A DNA stretch of 64,000 nucleotides from Octopus vulgaris (Eukaryota): NCBI GenBank assembly GCA_951406725.2, contig OX597814.1, forward strand, positions 74,400,001-74,464,000, written 5' to 3'. This document shows, piece after piece, positions 12,832 through 24,885 of the stretch (its first letter is position 1; every line of letters begins with the position of its first letter). The translations under genes were made by a program, and so were the position numbers. The notes beneath the pieces were generated by a model. That model saw only the letters and a program-made list of their open reading frames with translations, was not told the DNA's origin and made no database searches.

Positions 12832-13352
12832 CAGTGTTTCTCAACCTTTTTACCCTTGCGTAACCCTTAAAATAAATTATATGTCTCAAGGAATCCCTGC
12901 GCAAAAAAAAATGATATACCATGTCTTTCTCAAACTTTTTCCATCGTAGTTCACGTGGTAAATACACATATATATGGTTGTTGTTTTGTTGTCTGGGAAG
13001 AGTCATTTATTTTCTTTTTGTGCCTTATAATTTAACACACTCACCGGTAATTTCTTATTTTTATTTTAAATTATAAGGCACAAAAAGAAAATGACTCTCC
13101 CCAGACACAACAGAATATGCTTCAACACACGAACTCATATAAAGAATCTTGCAAACAAAATAAACCAAATCTGGTTGTTATATTTTTTTGATAATATTAT
13201 TATATTGAATAGGATGATGTCTATATTACAATAACCGGTAATATTTTGTGCAAGTAGTATAGTAATTTTAAGATCATGAAATTAGCATTAGTTTATCTCA
13301 CTCTTTCTCGCACAACTCTAGGGTTCCGGGGAACCCAGGTTGAAAAGCACTG
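12832..13352. mobile_element. Non-autonomous hAT-like element with a nested small hairpin MITE (~12985-13115)
   Basis: TIRs cagtgtttctcaacct / aggttgaaaagcactg; internal inverted pair tgtctgggaagagtcat...gtgccttataatttaa / ttaaattataaggcac...atgactctccccagaca; no clean 8-bp TSD. Confidence 0.65.
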
Positions 13353-13619
13353 CTGTAAGAGTTGACCGACAGAGACGGCGGACAGCAGCTGACAATACAA
13401 AGACAGTGAAAAATTGGAGGACAAACAAGTAACTGACAAGCAACTAACCACACTTTATCTGCCACTACTACACCAAGAACAAAAACTCTCGACGTTTTGT
13501 CGTTTGTAATAACGAAAACAATCATTTCGTGTGTACGAAAACAAAAGTTTTTGTTAATTAAAATTTCAAAAGACTCCAGTGTTTCTTTCTGTACAACTGT
13601 AATTGATTTGATTGATCTA

Positions 13620-13765
13620 AGTATTTGATTGCACTTATTTTATTGACCCCAGAAGAATGACAGTAAAGTTGACTTTGATGGAATATGAATTTAGATTTAG
13701 GACTTATTACAAATACTTTAAGGCCTTTACGTCAGTACACAACCATTTCTACTGACTCACCACCG
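13620..13765 (-). mobile_element. SINE family B, degenerate
   Basis: ttttattgaccccagaagaatga...aaagttgac...gaatatgaa, similar to 34580-34775. Confidence 0.55.
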
Positions 13766-14129
13766 AACTAAGAAGGAAAATCCACAAATATAATTAGCAG
13801 TGCATCAGTGTGTGTGTGTGTGTGTGTGTTCCCTGGCATGGACATTGGAAGCTATTTTTTGCTTCAGTACTTTCACCATTTCTGTATTTGATAGAAACAC
13901 TTTGTAGAAATGTACATGTTTAGCTATCCATGCATGCATCTATCTAATATATGTATGTATGTATGTAGCATTATTTGAAGATGTCTTGCAAATGGAGAAA
14001 GAACCAATTTCTAAGCTAGATACAAGGCTCTTTCACTGAAGTTTCAACATGTACAGGGCAGTTATGCATTGTTGTGTGTATATGTGCAAGTATTTGATGT
14101 CTGTATGTGCAGATCTATAGATTTTGCTT

Positions 14130-15070
14130 ATTTGTGCACTGCTTTCTTTATCTTATTCTGTTTGCATTTTATTGAGATTTTCATAGGAATATTCTTCAAG
14201 TACTCTTCCATAATATGAGTGATTATGGTCTCTACTATACTGTAAGTTCTTATTTCTTTGGTTTCAGGATTGTCCTGCCAACAGATCTCATCATGTCTCA
14301 ATGGAAGATAATGTGATGACATTTTTGGACAACTGCTTATGATGCGATGATGTGTAAAACTCCACAAAGTTTGCATTAGTTATCACATTTAGGTGCTTTT
14401 CTTGCATCTCTGTCCTTTCTGTGCATCAGGTATTTGGTAGTTACTTCCTTTTCCTGGATTGCAAATGCATACCTATCAAAGAGTTAGTGATGCAGTTGTT
14501 GGTTCAAGATTGTTTTGATTATAATGTTGTCATCCTGGAGTTTTCTTCTAACATAACCATGCTTGGTCTTCTGCACCCATCCTTGTATTTGATTATATGT
14601 TAATAGAGAGTCATGCAGCTTCTTTGGGTATGCATTCAAAATTATGAGACAAGGAATATTTCTCAAGTAACTGCTTTCTAAGCCTTGTGATATTATCTGC
14701 CACATGTATACAGACTTGATGGTTAAAAGATGTTGCTGAAAGAATACAATGTGACAACCCAAAAGCTGTCTGAATTGATGATAAAACTTTGCCTCCATAT
14801 TCTCATTTTAGGTAGAAGCAGTGTGTGTCACTGTTGATGTAAAGATTATTTGTGCTTATCATTATCTTTTGGGTTTTCGTGTTAATGGTTTGGATCTCAT
14901 TAAGCATCCAGTCAAGTTGCCCAAATGTTGGTATGAGTACAACTACTGCTAATACACTGGGCCACTGTTTTAATGTATGCAGAGAGTTTTGAGGTCTACA
15001 TTTCCCTTGGTAGTGTGTCTGGGCTGTTATATATTTTGGTGAAGTGTTCCTTGCTACACATACCATCATA
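14130..15070 (-). mobile_element. Highly degenerate RLE-type non-LTR retrotransposon (R4/NeSL-like) C-terminal fragment
   Basis: Minus-strand CKLCG...IISSCPKMSSHYLPLRHDE CCHC knuckle motif. Confidence 0.55.
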
Positions 15071-15793
15071 AGATATGTTTTTATTTATACCTAAACACCT
15101 GTAGGATTTGTCATCGAATATTGGTGAAGCAGTCAAGCCATTGATGGAAATGCTGCTTATCTGATTTACTTTTTTTGGTCATTTCACAATCATATGGGAA
15201 GATTAACACTGACCAAATTCCATCCCTTTATCTTTTAAGAATGTTATAACCAGTATAAGGTCCTTTTTTCCTGACATAATGACTGTCTAAGAAACAGTAT
15301 ATATGTATGTATGTATGTATGTATTTATGTGTGTACATATGGATGAATGTGTGTGTGTGTGTATGTATACATGCATATTTTATTTATTTAATTTTAAAAA
15401 GTAACATATATTTTAGTCACTCAGGTCTGTGTTGGCAAAAATCAGTAAATAAAATTTTTGAAAATGGTTATGTCGTTTTTAGACCCAGGTCAATCCCAAT
15501 AGAGCAGACTTCTCCCATTTTCTATTTCAGACATAGTGTATTCAGGGTTACAGAATTCTTTATGTGTTTCTACCTTTTTAGGCAGCGCTTCAAATAGAGG
15601 GAACACACTCTCTCTCTCTGAAATATTGAGTTACCCATTGTCAGGGACACAATGTCTCAGTGAAACAGTCTTCACAGCAACCATACAATATTTCAGATTC
15701 GACTTCTGTCATAGAAGAGTATTTACTTTGGTAGTAATCTCTGTTTAGTCCTTGTATATTTGATATGCCTCAAATGGTTAATCCATCAGTCCA

Positions 15794-15954
15794 TTTAAAA
15801 TTGTAACTGATATGAGTTATGTGCAGATGATATTAACAAATGTTGATATCATCTTAAGTTAATATTTCTTAAATTTCTTATATTGAGACTTTATACAAAG
15901 TGTTCCAGGATAGTTTTAAATTGGTTTCAAATTTTGGCACAAAGCTAGCAATTT
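15794..15954 (+). repeat. 161-bp direct repeat, copy 1
   Basis: Appears identical to 16623-16783. Confidence 0.9.
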
Positions 15955-16150
15955 TAAGGGAGGGCAAAGTTGATTATATTGACCCCATGTTCAAATAGTA
16001 CTTACTGTATAGTACTTACTTTCAAATAGTACTTGAAAGGCTAAAAGGCAAAGCTAACTCAGGAAAATATGAACCCAAAACATAAAAAGCCAGAAGAAAT
16101 GCAGTTAGGCATTTCGTCTAAATCACTAACAATTCTACCAGCTCACCACA
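15925..16150 (-). mobile_element. SINE family B
   Basis: caaattttggcaca...aaaggcaaag...gaacccaaaacataaa...ccagctcacc, similar to 34580-34775. Confidence 0.6.
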
Positions 16151-16622
16151 TTTGGACAGTTTTAAAATAAAACAATGATTGGTTATGGCATTTGATGAAG
16201 AGAAGAGGAAATCAGAAAGAAAAGAAAGAAAAAGGCAAGATAATTGCTGCATATTTATATGATTAAAACTGCAGTGGTATCCAAACTAAGGGACAAAGCT
16301 TACCATATTAATTCTATTTATAGTTTCTTTCCTTGTATTTTGGAAATAATACTGCTTGAATATTTAGTAAATCCTTCTTTTACATTTGGATTCCTTCAAC
16401 ATAGACAGATGTTTAAGTGAATTTTAAAATGCCATTTGGAACTATTTCTATCTTTTAATCTTCCACCATGTCCAGATATTCATTAAACTATACTATTTCT
16501 TCAAACTTCAATGAATTTAAATTGGTTAACTGGTTTGATTTTGAAGCCAGGTTTTGTTCAAACATTTAAAAGCAAGTCAGAATATTTAACTATCAACTGT
16601 GGTGTCTCTAGATTTGTTATCC

Positions 16623-16783
16623 TTTAAAATTGTAACTGATATGAGTTATGTGCAGATGATATTAACAAATGTTGATATCATCTTAAGTTAATATTTCTTA
16701 AATTTCTTATATTGAGACTTTATACAAAGTGTTCCAGGATAGTTTTAAATTGGTTTCAAATTTTGGCACAAAGCTAGCAATTT
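16623..16783 (+). repeat. 161-bp direct repeat, copy 2
   Basis: Appears identical to 15794-15954. Confidence 0.9.
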
Positions 16784-16889
16784 CAAATGGATCAACAAGC
16801 ATATTGAAGACCATCTTAGTCAACTCTAAGACAATAAATCTAAGTGAAAAACTAAAAGAAGACTAAAACTTTTCTCCTGCTAATCAATG

Positions 16890-17112
16890 TTATTTCTACT
16901 TCTGGCAGAAGGCCAACAATTTTGATGAGTGTTAATCAATACTAATGATTCTTGTACTTAACTGATACTTTATTTTATTTTATTGACCCTGAAAAAATGA
17001 AAGGCAAAGTTGATCTCAGTGGAATTTGAACTCAGAAAGTAAAGAGCTGGAAATTAAAACAGTTGCAAGGCATCACGTTTGACATTCTAATGGTTCTTCC
17101 AATCCATCACCT
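16890..17112 (-). mobile_element. SINE family B
   Basis: ttgaccctgaaaaaatgaaaggcaaagttgatctcagtggaatttgaactcagaa. Confidence 0.7.
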
Positions 17113-17709
17113 ATAAATGGTAATTATCATTTTATAAAACTTGTTTTTGAGCATTGTAGTCGCTACTCAGTTCAGCAAATCCAACTTCTTATATATCTTG
17201 ATATCTCCCTGAAAATGCAACTTTATGTTTCAAAGTTCAACATACTTATATAGATTTACTTTAGCCACTCTAAACTTTTTGAGTTCTCTTTTTGCTGATG
17301 CAACTACACAGCCCTAACAATAAACTAGCTTCTTCCTCTTAGGGCCTCCACCTCTTAACCATGAAAGAAATTGTATTCCTGGGGATCTCATTGACACATC
17401 TCTGTATTCACATTAGAATCTCTTACAAATTCTAAACAAGTAATAAATATTAAATATATAAAAATGTCTTAGGAATAAATAACAAAGGAAAAGTTCCGAG
17501 TATTTGGCATTTATGTTTATCATAATATATGGTAGGTTATGCCAATCATTATGGACGGGTGTTTTCTTAATGGATACTAAACACAGCCCAAAGACAGAAC
17601 TGCTAAAATAAATTGATGAGATTAATCTCCATAATTTATAAAACTAATCTGAATACAGTTCTATATTTAAGAGATGAAGAATTATGTATATGTTATTATT
17701 ATCATTATT

Positions 17710-18750
17710 ATTCAGTAGTTTTATTTTTATAACGTGCTTTCACTTCACTACCAAGCGCAGCTCTGTGTGCCTTGGGTTTGTGCTGTGGTTTGCTGTGATG
17801 CTCTTATGGTTACTGTATTAAAAGTGTTTTGCATAGGAAAAGTGTATTAGAAGTGTTTTGTGTAGAATGTGTGCAGTACCCAGTAGTGCAATTTTCTGTA
17901 TGTTGTATATATTTGTAAGTCCTGGTGTTTTTGTTGTGTATTTGTCTGAATATTTTTTTATCATACCTAATGCACCCACTATGATAGGAATTGTTTCTGT
18001 TTTTAGATTCCACATTCAAGTTACCTCTATTTCCAGGTCTTTGTATTTTGAAAGTTTCTCCATTTCTTTCAGATAAATGTTGTCATCTGCTGGTATTGAT
18101 ACATCAATTAGAAAATATTTTTTTTCTTCATGATCTCTAACAACTATATCTGGTCTATTAATTTCTTTATCTGTGTGTATTGGCATATCCCATAGTATGG
18201 TTGCTTTCTCGTTTTCTGTGACCTTTTCTGGCATGTGCTTATACCATATTTTTTCTGTTGTTATTCCATAGTGTTGGCATAACTTCCAGTGTACGTAGGT
18301 CTGTGAATATATATATATGTAGGTCTGTGTATGTGGCTGTGAATATATTTCTTCTTAGCCAGGATTGGGCAGCCAGAGATAATATGATTTATTGTTTCTT
18401 GTCCATCTCCACATATTCTGCAGTTACTTGTTATGCTTTTGGTAATTTCTGGTGGGGAGGCTTTAGTCTTGTGCTGCAATTAAAAATCCTTCAGTCTCTA
18501 CTTTGAGTCCTGAGCTTCTCAACCATTGCTGGGATTTTTCTCTGTCTATTTCTTTTGCATTTAGTTTAGTCCGGTATTTGCCATGAAGGGGCTTTTCTTG
18601 CCATCATTTTATCAAGGTCCATTGCCATTCTAGTTTTAGTTTGGATTTCATTTGTTTTATAGCTTTTGTTGTTTCTTCTTCATATTTGTGAGGTAGTATG
18701 ACTTCTTGTTTGTATTTGTCAGCTTCCTTAAATACTGAAAACAGTTTTAT
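17710..18750 (-). mobile_element. 5'-truncated R4/Dong-type LINE copy (CCHC and RLE), same family as 55395-57686
   Basis: CRICGDGQETINHIISGC, ILWDMPIHTD...RPDIVV, FLIDVSIP, PIIVGALG; shares the 3' UTR; (TTA)n tracts at both ends. Confidence 0.92.
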
Positions 18751-19344
18751 TATTATTATTATTATTATTGCCTGACTTAGCAATAAATCTAATATATAAT
18801 CATTCCAAGTTAAATCTGTAGAAAAAGTTAAACCTAAAAGATGAAAACTAAAAACACCCAGGAAGAACTATATCAAATATAGCAATTAGAATATCATCAG
18901 GGTTCTTGAAATTCTTAATGGAAATTAGTCATTATTTCTATTCTTATGTATTTCTTCAGTATATTATTTTTCTAATTAATTCCACTGCTGGTATTTTCAA
19001 GAAATGGGAATGAAATGGTGCAGGGTATCAAGCCAGGAAATCAATAATAATGGACATTGAAGTGAAAATATGAACATATTTAATATTTTAGTTTAATAAA
19101 GCTTATGAAGTACTGAAATTTGTTTTTCTTTTTCAACTGTAGCATTGTAGCTTTCATCAGTCTTTTCACTGTGTTTATGATTAGTTCCTGTAAATTGTTG
19201 TATCCTACTTAAACTATGTTTTATGTGCATAGCTGAGTTTCTGTGGATATCATCATCAACATTGTTCTTTAACTTTATACAAGACATTCAGATTAGCACA
19301 TTATTTACATTCGATGGATATTTGTCCTCATCTTGTTTGTTGTT

Positions 19345-19390
19345 AACACAACGTTTCGGCTGATATACCCTCCAGCCTTCATCAGGTGTC
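19345..19390 (-). ncRNA. Minimal type I hammerhead ribozyme motif
   Basis: GACAC-CTGATGA-A-GGCTG-gagggtatat-CAGCC-GAAAC-GTT-GTGTT: stem I gacac/gtgtt, stem II ggctg/cagcc, palindromic stem III aacgtt, GUU cleavage triplet. Confidence 0.75.
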
Positions 19391-19571
19391 TTGGGGAAAT
19401 TTCAAACCTGGGCTCTCATTCCTAAGGTATTTTTCGATGTTATTATTATTATAACACTCAGTCCTAAGCAGATCAAGTGCAGATATGAATAGCATATGGG
19501 AACCAGTATTAAGGAAGGATAGGAAAATATTAGATTTATAAGCCCTAAAAATTCACTCCATAATTACCCAT

Positions 19572-19645
19572 GAGCATATGGTGTAGTGGTTAAGAGCACA
19601 GGCTACTAACACCAAGATTCCAAGTTCAATTCTAGGCAGTGACCT
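19572..19645 (+). other. tRNA-like segment with Pol III A and B boxes, part of the Penelope 3' module (not a functional tRNA)
   Basis: A box tggtgtagtgg, B box gttcaattc; a deleted variant lies at ~4757-4815. Confidence 0.6.
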
Positions 19646-20399
19646 TAATAACAATAACATTGAAAAATACCTTAGGAATGAGAACCCAGGTTTGAAATTT
19701 CCCCAAGACACCTGAAATATCTGTCAAATGTAAATAACATTCTTTTTAGGACTTGACTGTGTCACATCAGGAACACTAAAAGAGATATTTTTCATCACCA
19801 GGCCCATGAAATTCCACATACAGACAAATTAAAGAGAAAAGGCCTTCGAATAATGAAATTTTTGACACTGATTGAAAGAGTAGATAAATTATCTTGCAAA
19901 AGAAAATTTGAAATTTTAGCTGCTTGTGGGGAACTCATTAAATGGCCATTGAAACAATATGTATCCATTTCAAATTTTCTTCCCATGGTACAGTCAACTC
20001 AACTTGCAGGACTTATTTCTTCAAGTCATAATGTTAGGCTTTTGTTTCATTAGCACACTGTAGCTTGAGAACTCAAATGCTCTTTCAAAGCCACCTGCAC
20101 TTTCCAGTCATTAAGCACCATATAAATGTTTTAACTCTTTTGATACCAACCCACCTGAAACTGACCCAAACTGATTCTGGTACAAACTTCTTGTTTTAAA
20201 AAGATCTAAATTAAAACCAATCAAGATTTCATGATATTTATGTTCCAAATACCAGCTAAAGATTGACTGTCATTTTATTAAACTCTTCATAATATATTAA
20301 AGTGTAGTATTTTTCAATGGAAATATACTAACAAAAGGTTTTGTCTCTTTCCCTTGTTGCTTACACACTTGCATTATTACTTCTTGCCTTCTCCATGGA

Positions 20400-20700
20400 C
20401 AACTACAGGGAATACAATAGAGTTGATTCTCATTACATTGATAACGCTTCATTGTTTTTAGTGGACTAACAAGAATGTTCAGAATTTGGTTATGTCTCCG
20501 TGAATAATTTGCAATGGACGACTCTCCCTTCTCCTAAATTTGGCTACCCACTTTTGCACTGATGATAAAGTTTAGAACATCATCCCCTAATGTCGCAACA
20601 ATGTTGGCATGAATGCCCCCAGGGGCTAAACGCTTTTCCTGCAGGTACTTGATAACACCACAATGCCAAGAGAAGTCACTATTAGTTACTTTTGCAGTCT
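20400..20700 (-). mobile_element. Mariner transposase 5' fragment
   Basis: Minus-strand VIKYLQEKRLAPGGIHANIVATLGDD...VQKWVAKFRR, an N-terminal HTH typical of mariner. Confidence 0.6.
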
Positions 20701-22583
20701 TCTTTGGACAATGAAATGTCAGTTTACCTGGAAAGAAACAATGCAGTTATCAATAAAAAGTGTTGAAATTAATGCATGCAAGATTTCACAGCTCCAGCAT
20801 CACTCCATCATAGTCAGTATATGAACTTTTCAGCCCACCCTCATGTATCATATATCATTTTCTAAAGGAATCACAGCCTGGCTGGTCCATTTTCCAAGAT
20901 ATGTTGCATGATTGTTTCCTTCATTCAGGTATTTTTCATGGTGTCCATAAACTTGATTACATTGTCATTTGCTCTCTTTCTGATGACAATATTCAGCCTA
21001 TCCTAGTTATTGTTAGGATATTTATATTTCAGTTTTTGTCCAACCATGTTCTGAACAACACTTATCATTCTCATCAACTATACCTCATACTCTTGTAGTG
21101 ACTCTAAGAACATGCTGATAAAACCACACCTTCAAGTTTTCTGCCAAGCTACAGTTGTCAGTCTAACAAATAGCTTCTTGTACCTCTACATATTAACTCC
21201 ATAGCTACCATGTTTAATGCCAGTGAATTTATTGTTTGTAAACCACATAAATACTGTACTTAGGTATGGTATGCATGAGAAGTTCTGTTATACATCCTAG
21301 AATGTAAATAAATAAAACCCAATATTTTGTACATATGGAATTGGTCCGATGGCATTTCTTTGACTGATAAATTCAGACCAGCTGAAGCACCTTTCTTTCC
21401 CTCTTAGCTTGCTGAATTAAACATATATATAAATATATATCTGTATACTCACATTTGCACACATATACATTTGGTTATACAAATGGGAAAAATCTGAAGT
21501 TGAGCTACATCATAAGTGGTTCTGAAGCAGCTTGTCAAGTGATCTGACACAAAAGACTAGGCACTTGAGTTATATAGTTCACAGCTAATAAATATATACA
21601 TGTGTGTGCTTCTAAATAGTTAACAGCTCTTTTGGTAGCTGTAACTAGTTATATTGTAGCTTAACAGTATTATACTATACACCAAAAAAGACAGAAAAGG
21701 TCAATGAATTAAGTTAATGCTCTATCAGATTGAATTTAATAAATTTAAACGCGAAAATCATACTTGAATAATTTAGTCCTGGTAGCTGAGCTGACTACCA
21801 TGAGAAGATAAATTGGAATGGAAAGATATTGTTTAAAGTTTAAGTGACAAGAGAGTTGTGGGAAGTCCAAGTATGACAGTGCTCCCCATGAAGGTAGACC
21901 CACAATGACTGATATTGAGCTTCGGAAAGATAATAGACTGGTCATTGGGGAAAATTTTTTCTCTAGTATGTTACAGGTTCATAACATGACAAACAGTTCC
22001 CACACTACGTTAACTAATCTTTTATATGGCTAGCATTTTAAAAGTAAAACCTCAGTGATTTGCTTTTTAAAATATACTAATTTTTCATGTCTACATGTGT
22101 ATGTCTATTTAGTGATTCGACTGTCAGGTTGTTTACACTACTGGAAAAAAAGATACATCGTTAAGGTAGAGAGCTTAGAGATCATGATTCATAACATCCA
22201 TAAATTCAGGTAAACGAGCCGCTAGAAATAGCAGTCAAATTTAACATAGCACTCTCCGTAAAAAAGATTAAAAGAATGTAGTAGTCATGTCCAGAACATT
22301 TTTGGTCATAGCTGTCTGCTTGATCAGGGCTAATCTGGGGTTGAACAATAACATCAATAAATGTCTAATTTTTTTTATTAATTTTTCTCACAAAGAAAAC
22401 ACTTTTTGAAATTAAAGAACCGCAACTTTTTTCTTCAATACAGTAAATAATATATTCATAAATGAAATAATCTCAAAGTAATTTTTAAAGAATCACGAAA
22501 ATGTGGGTGGAAAGAAACAAAAAATTAACCTTAAAATCTTGACATTAACAAAAATTATGCCTTTATTCAAGGGATCCTGTTGA

Positions 22584-23810
22584 TCATTTAGATACAATTG
22601 GAGAAATTTGATTGTCTTCATTATGACAAACTTTTACAGGATCCACAAAGGCTATTTGTTTTGGAGTTGGTGCTAACTCCGGGTGACACAAAAGACAAGA
22701 AATGGCATCTTTATTTGGTGCCAAACAGAACGGTTGCATTTTCATGCCATATTTATAGTAATAACCATCTTTCTTATTGCACTCCTGAACACCGGACTCA
22801 AAGCAATGAGTTTTTCTTACACCTCCAGCATGATGTAATGGTCTTTCTCTCTGCCAATATTGGCTGTTTGGTAGTATGGACATTATTTCTTCACAGCACA
22901 CTCGGCTAACTACTCCATGATAACCTATTTTCTTGAATAATTGATCCCGTTTTTTAAGAAAACGTGGAAAATTACTAGGCCAGTTTTTTCCCAAAGCCCA
23001 AGGAAATATTTCGTATTTGAGTTCCTCTTCATCTTCCTCCATATCACTGGCAAGATAAAGAGCTACAAAGAAATTATAATAGGTATATTTATCGGCCAAA
23101 TAACCTGCTCGCTTGAAATACACAAACGTTTCTGCCAGAAGATATTTATCGGAGAGACGATAACAAGAATCTCTTTCCAAAAAGCAAGCAACGACATCAT
23201 TTTGGAGCAGTTTAAAAAATCTCAGTAACTCGTTGGTTTTCACTTCACTTTCCTTTGTTACCTTGGGCAGTTTCTTTGAAGTTTCAAACTTGGATAATTT
23301 AAAATATTTTGGGCCAGATAATTTCTTGTTAATTTGTTCTGTTTCTTCATATTGAAGAGTAACATGCATTTGCCATTCGTTATAAAGACGTAATAATTCT
23401 TGCCGTTGTTTCACATTATCTTCGAATTGCTTCTGAAGAAATGTTTCTGTAGAACAGCTGCTCGACAAAATGCCATTTATTTTCCACTCACTAAACCGAG
23501 ATAAGTGCCGAGGTACTGCTTTAAATATCTTCTGCTGCCTTTTCTTTTGCCGCCATTCATAAGTCTTTGTTTTTCTTTCACTAAATGAATCGTATTTTCT
23601 TTCCGATGATTTTTCTGAAGAATTACGATCCTTTCTTACCTTTAATCCATTGCTTCCAGTCAAGGATAATGACTTTAAATACTGACTATTGACGCCCATT
23701 ACTTTTACTGGTAGATTACTGTTGGTTGATGGTATAGGTATGTTTTGTACACTAACAATTTTTTGACGCAACTTCTGGCAAGTAGCTCTACAGTTAGATG
23801 TTGTTTCCAT
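22584..23810 (-). CDS. Speedy/RINGO family CDK activator, intronless, 408 aa
   Basis: Complete Spy1 domain FFKLL...[27 protein letters not shown]...[28 protein letters not shown]...[11 protein letters not shown]...[12 protein letters not shown]; uninterrupted ORF; AATAAA on the minus strand at 22562-22567. Confidence 0.93.
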   Translation of the reverse strand: METTSNCRATCQKLRQKIVSVQNIPIPSTNSNLPVKVMGVNSQYLKSLSLTGSNGLKVRKDRNSSEKSSERKYDSFSERKTKTYEWRQKKRQQKIFKAVPRHLSRFSEWKINGILSSSCSTETFLQKQFEDNVKQRQELLRLYNEWQMHVTLQYEETEQINKKLSGPKYFKLSKFETSKKLPKVTKESEVKTNELLRFFKLLQNDVVACFLERDSCYRLSDKYLLAETFVYFKRAGYLADKYTYYNFFVALYLASDMEEDEEELKYEIFPWALGKNWPSNFPRFLKKRDQLFKKIGYHGVVSRVCCEEIMSILPNSQYWQRERPLHHAGGVRKTHCFESGVQECNKKDGYYYKYGMKMQPFCLAPNKDAISCLLCHPELAPTPKQIAFVDPVKVCHNEDNQISPIVSK

Positions 23811-24574
23811 TATAATTATCTCGACTTGAAATAGTTAGGGAATGTTAAAACCCTGCCCTGTTTTCAAATCAGAATATGAAATATCATGTATACTTGTATT
23901 TGTACGTTTTAAGGCTTTGTGGAAAGTTTGGTAACGCTTCACTTTCATATTATAGATTTTCCTGAAATATTTTTCAACAAACAAACTCACAGTAACTTAG
24001 CTTATAATATTTTCTTCAATACCTCTAAGAATTTCTATAAAGACAACAAAACAGATTTATGTATATGTGTATGTATACGAATGTGAATGCGTGCGTACAC
24101 ATGCTCAAGCACACATCTACATGTGCGTTGCACATTTTCCCAAATTTACAACTAATATTGATCATTATCACCAGTTTTGTTCATTGATCGAACCCTATTT
24201 TATATTGATCTTGATACAAAACAATGATGCTGGTAACATAAATATCAATGTCATAATCGATACAGGGCAACACATTTTTGGTAGTAGAAATTTAGTTAAC
24301 TGAATTGACGGCACACGATAGTTAAAAGTTATCAAACAAAGGTATATCCAGGGTTGCTTATTTGGTAAAAGCAGTAGCTAAATCTTTCAAAAATTGCACT
24401 TCACTCTCTTAAAAGTCGAAAACATTGTATAATGTAGTTTACTGATCAAAAGAAAAAAAAAATTCCCCTGGGCTTTGGGAAAAAGCTGGCCTAGTAATTG
24501 TCCATGTTTTTTTTTTTTTCAGAAGAAGTCGTTAATCATAGGTCTGCTAAGTGAAGTTTGACTGGTGTCTAAAC

Positions 24575-24885
24575 AACAAATTACTCATTATTTAGGATAA
24601 AAAGTCAAGTCAGTCTTGGCCGGATTCGAACTCTGTACGGTGTTTTGTTCCTCACACTGCTAATTCTGTCATCCATTACTCTTCTTGAACTTAAGAACAA
24701 AATCAAAAATTTACAGAATGGACTACATCAATCCCAATATTTTACTAGTACCCTATTTTATCGACAGACATTGGAAAGACGAGAAGCGAAGTTGGCTTCG
24801 GCAGTATCTGAAACAACTCAGATGTAAAAAAAAAAACCCCTGAAGAAATACCGAAAGCCATTTTGTTTGGCACACAACCTTTTTT
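24575..24885 (-). mobile_element. Two degenerate SINE family B fragments
   Basis: aaaagtcaag...cttggccggattcgaactc and attttatcgac...aaagacgagaagcgaagttggcttcggcagtatctgaa. Confidence 0.5.

Larger units (their letters stand above)
19301..19737. mobile_element. Short Penelope-derived inverted-repeat element (ORF tail, tRNA-like segment and pLTR arms)
   Basis: Same family as 3369-4975; 19301-19450 is inverted relative to 19650-19737. Confidence 0.85.

Noticed and set aside
16380-16480. Resemblance to the Speedy N-terminus (KDRNSS, NGIL)
   Set aside because: The matches are short, in different frames and wrongly spaced; likely chance.
15794-16783. TRIM/LTR element defined by the 161-bp direct repeats
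   Set aside because: No TG...CA ends, PBS, PPT or TSD, and the repeat includes the end of a SINE.
19572-19645. Functional tRNA gene
   Set aside because: Acceptor and T stems do not pair properly and it is embedded in a repeat; treated as a tRNA-derived segment.
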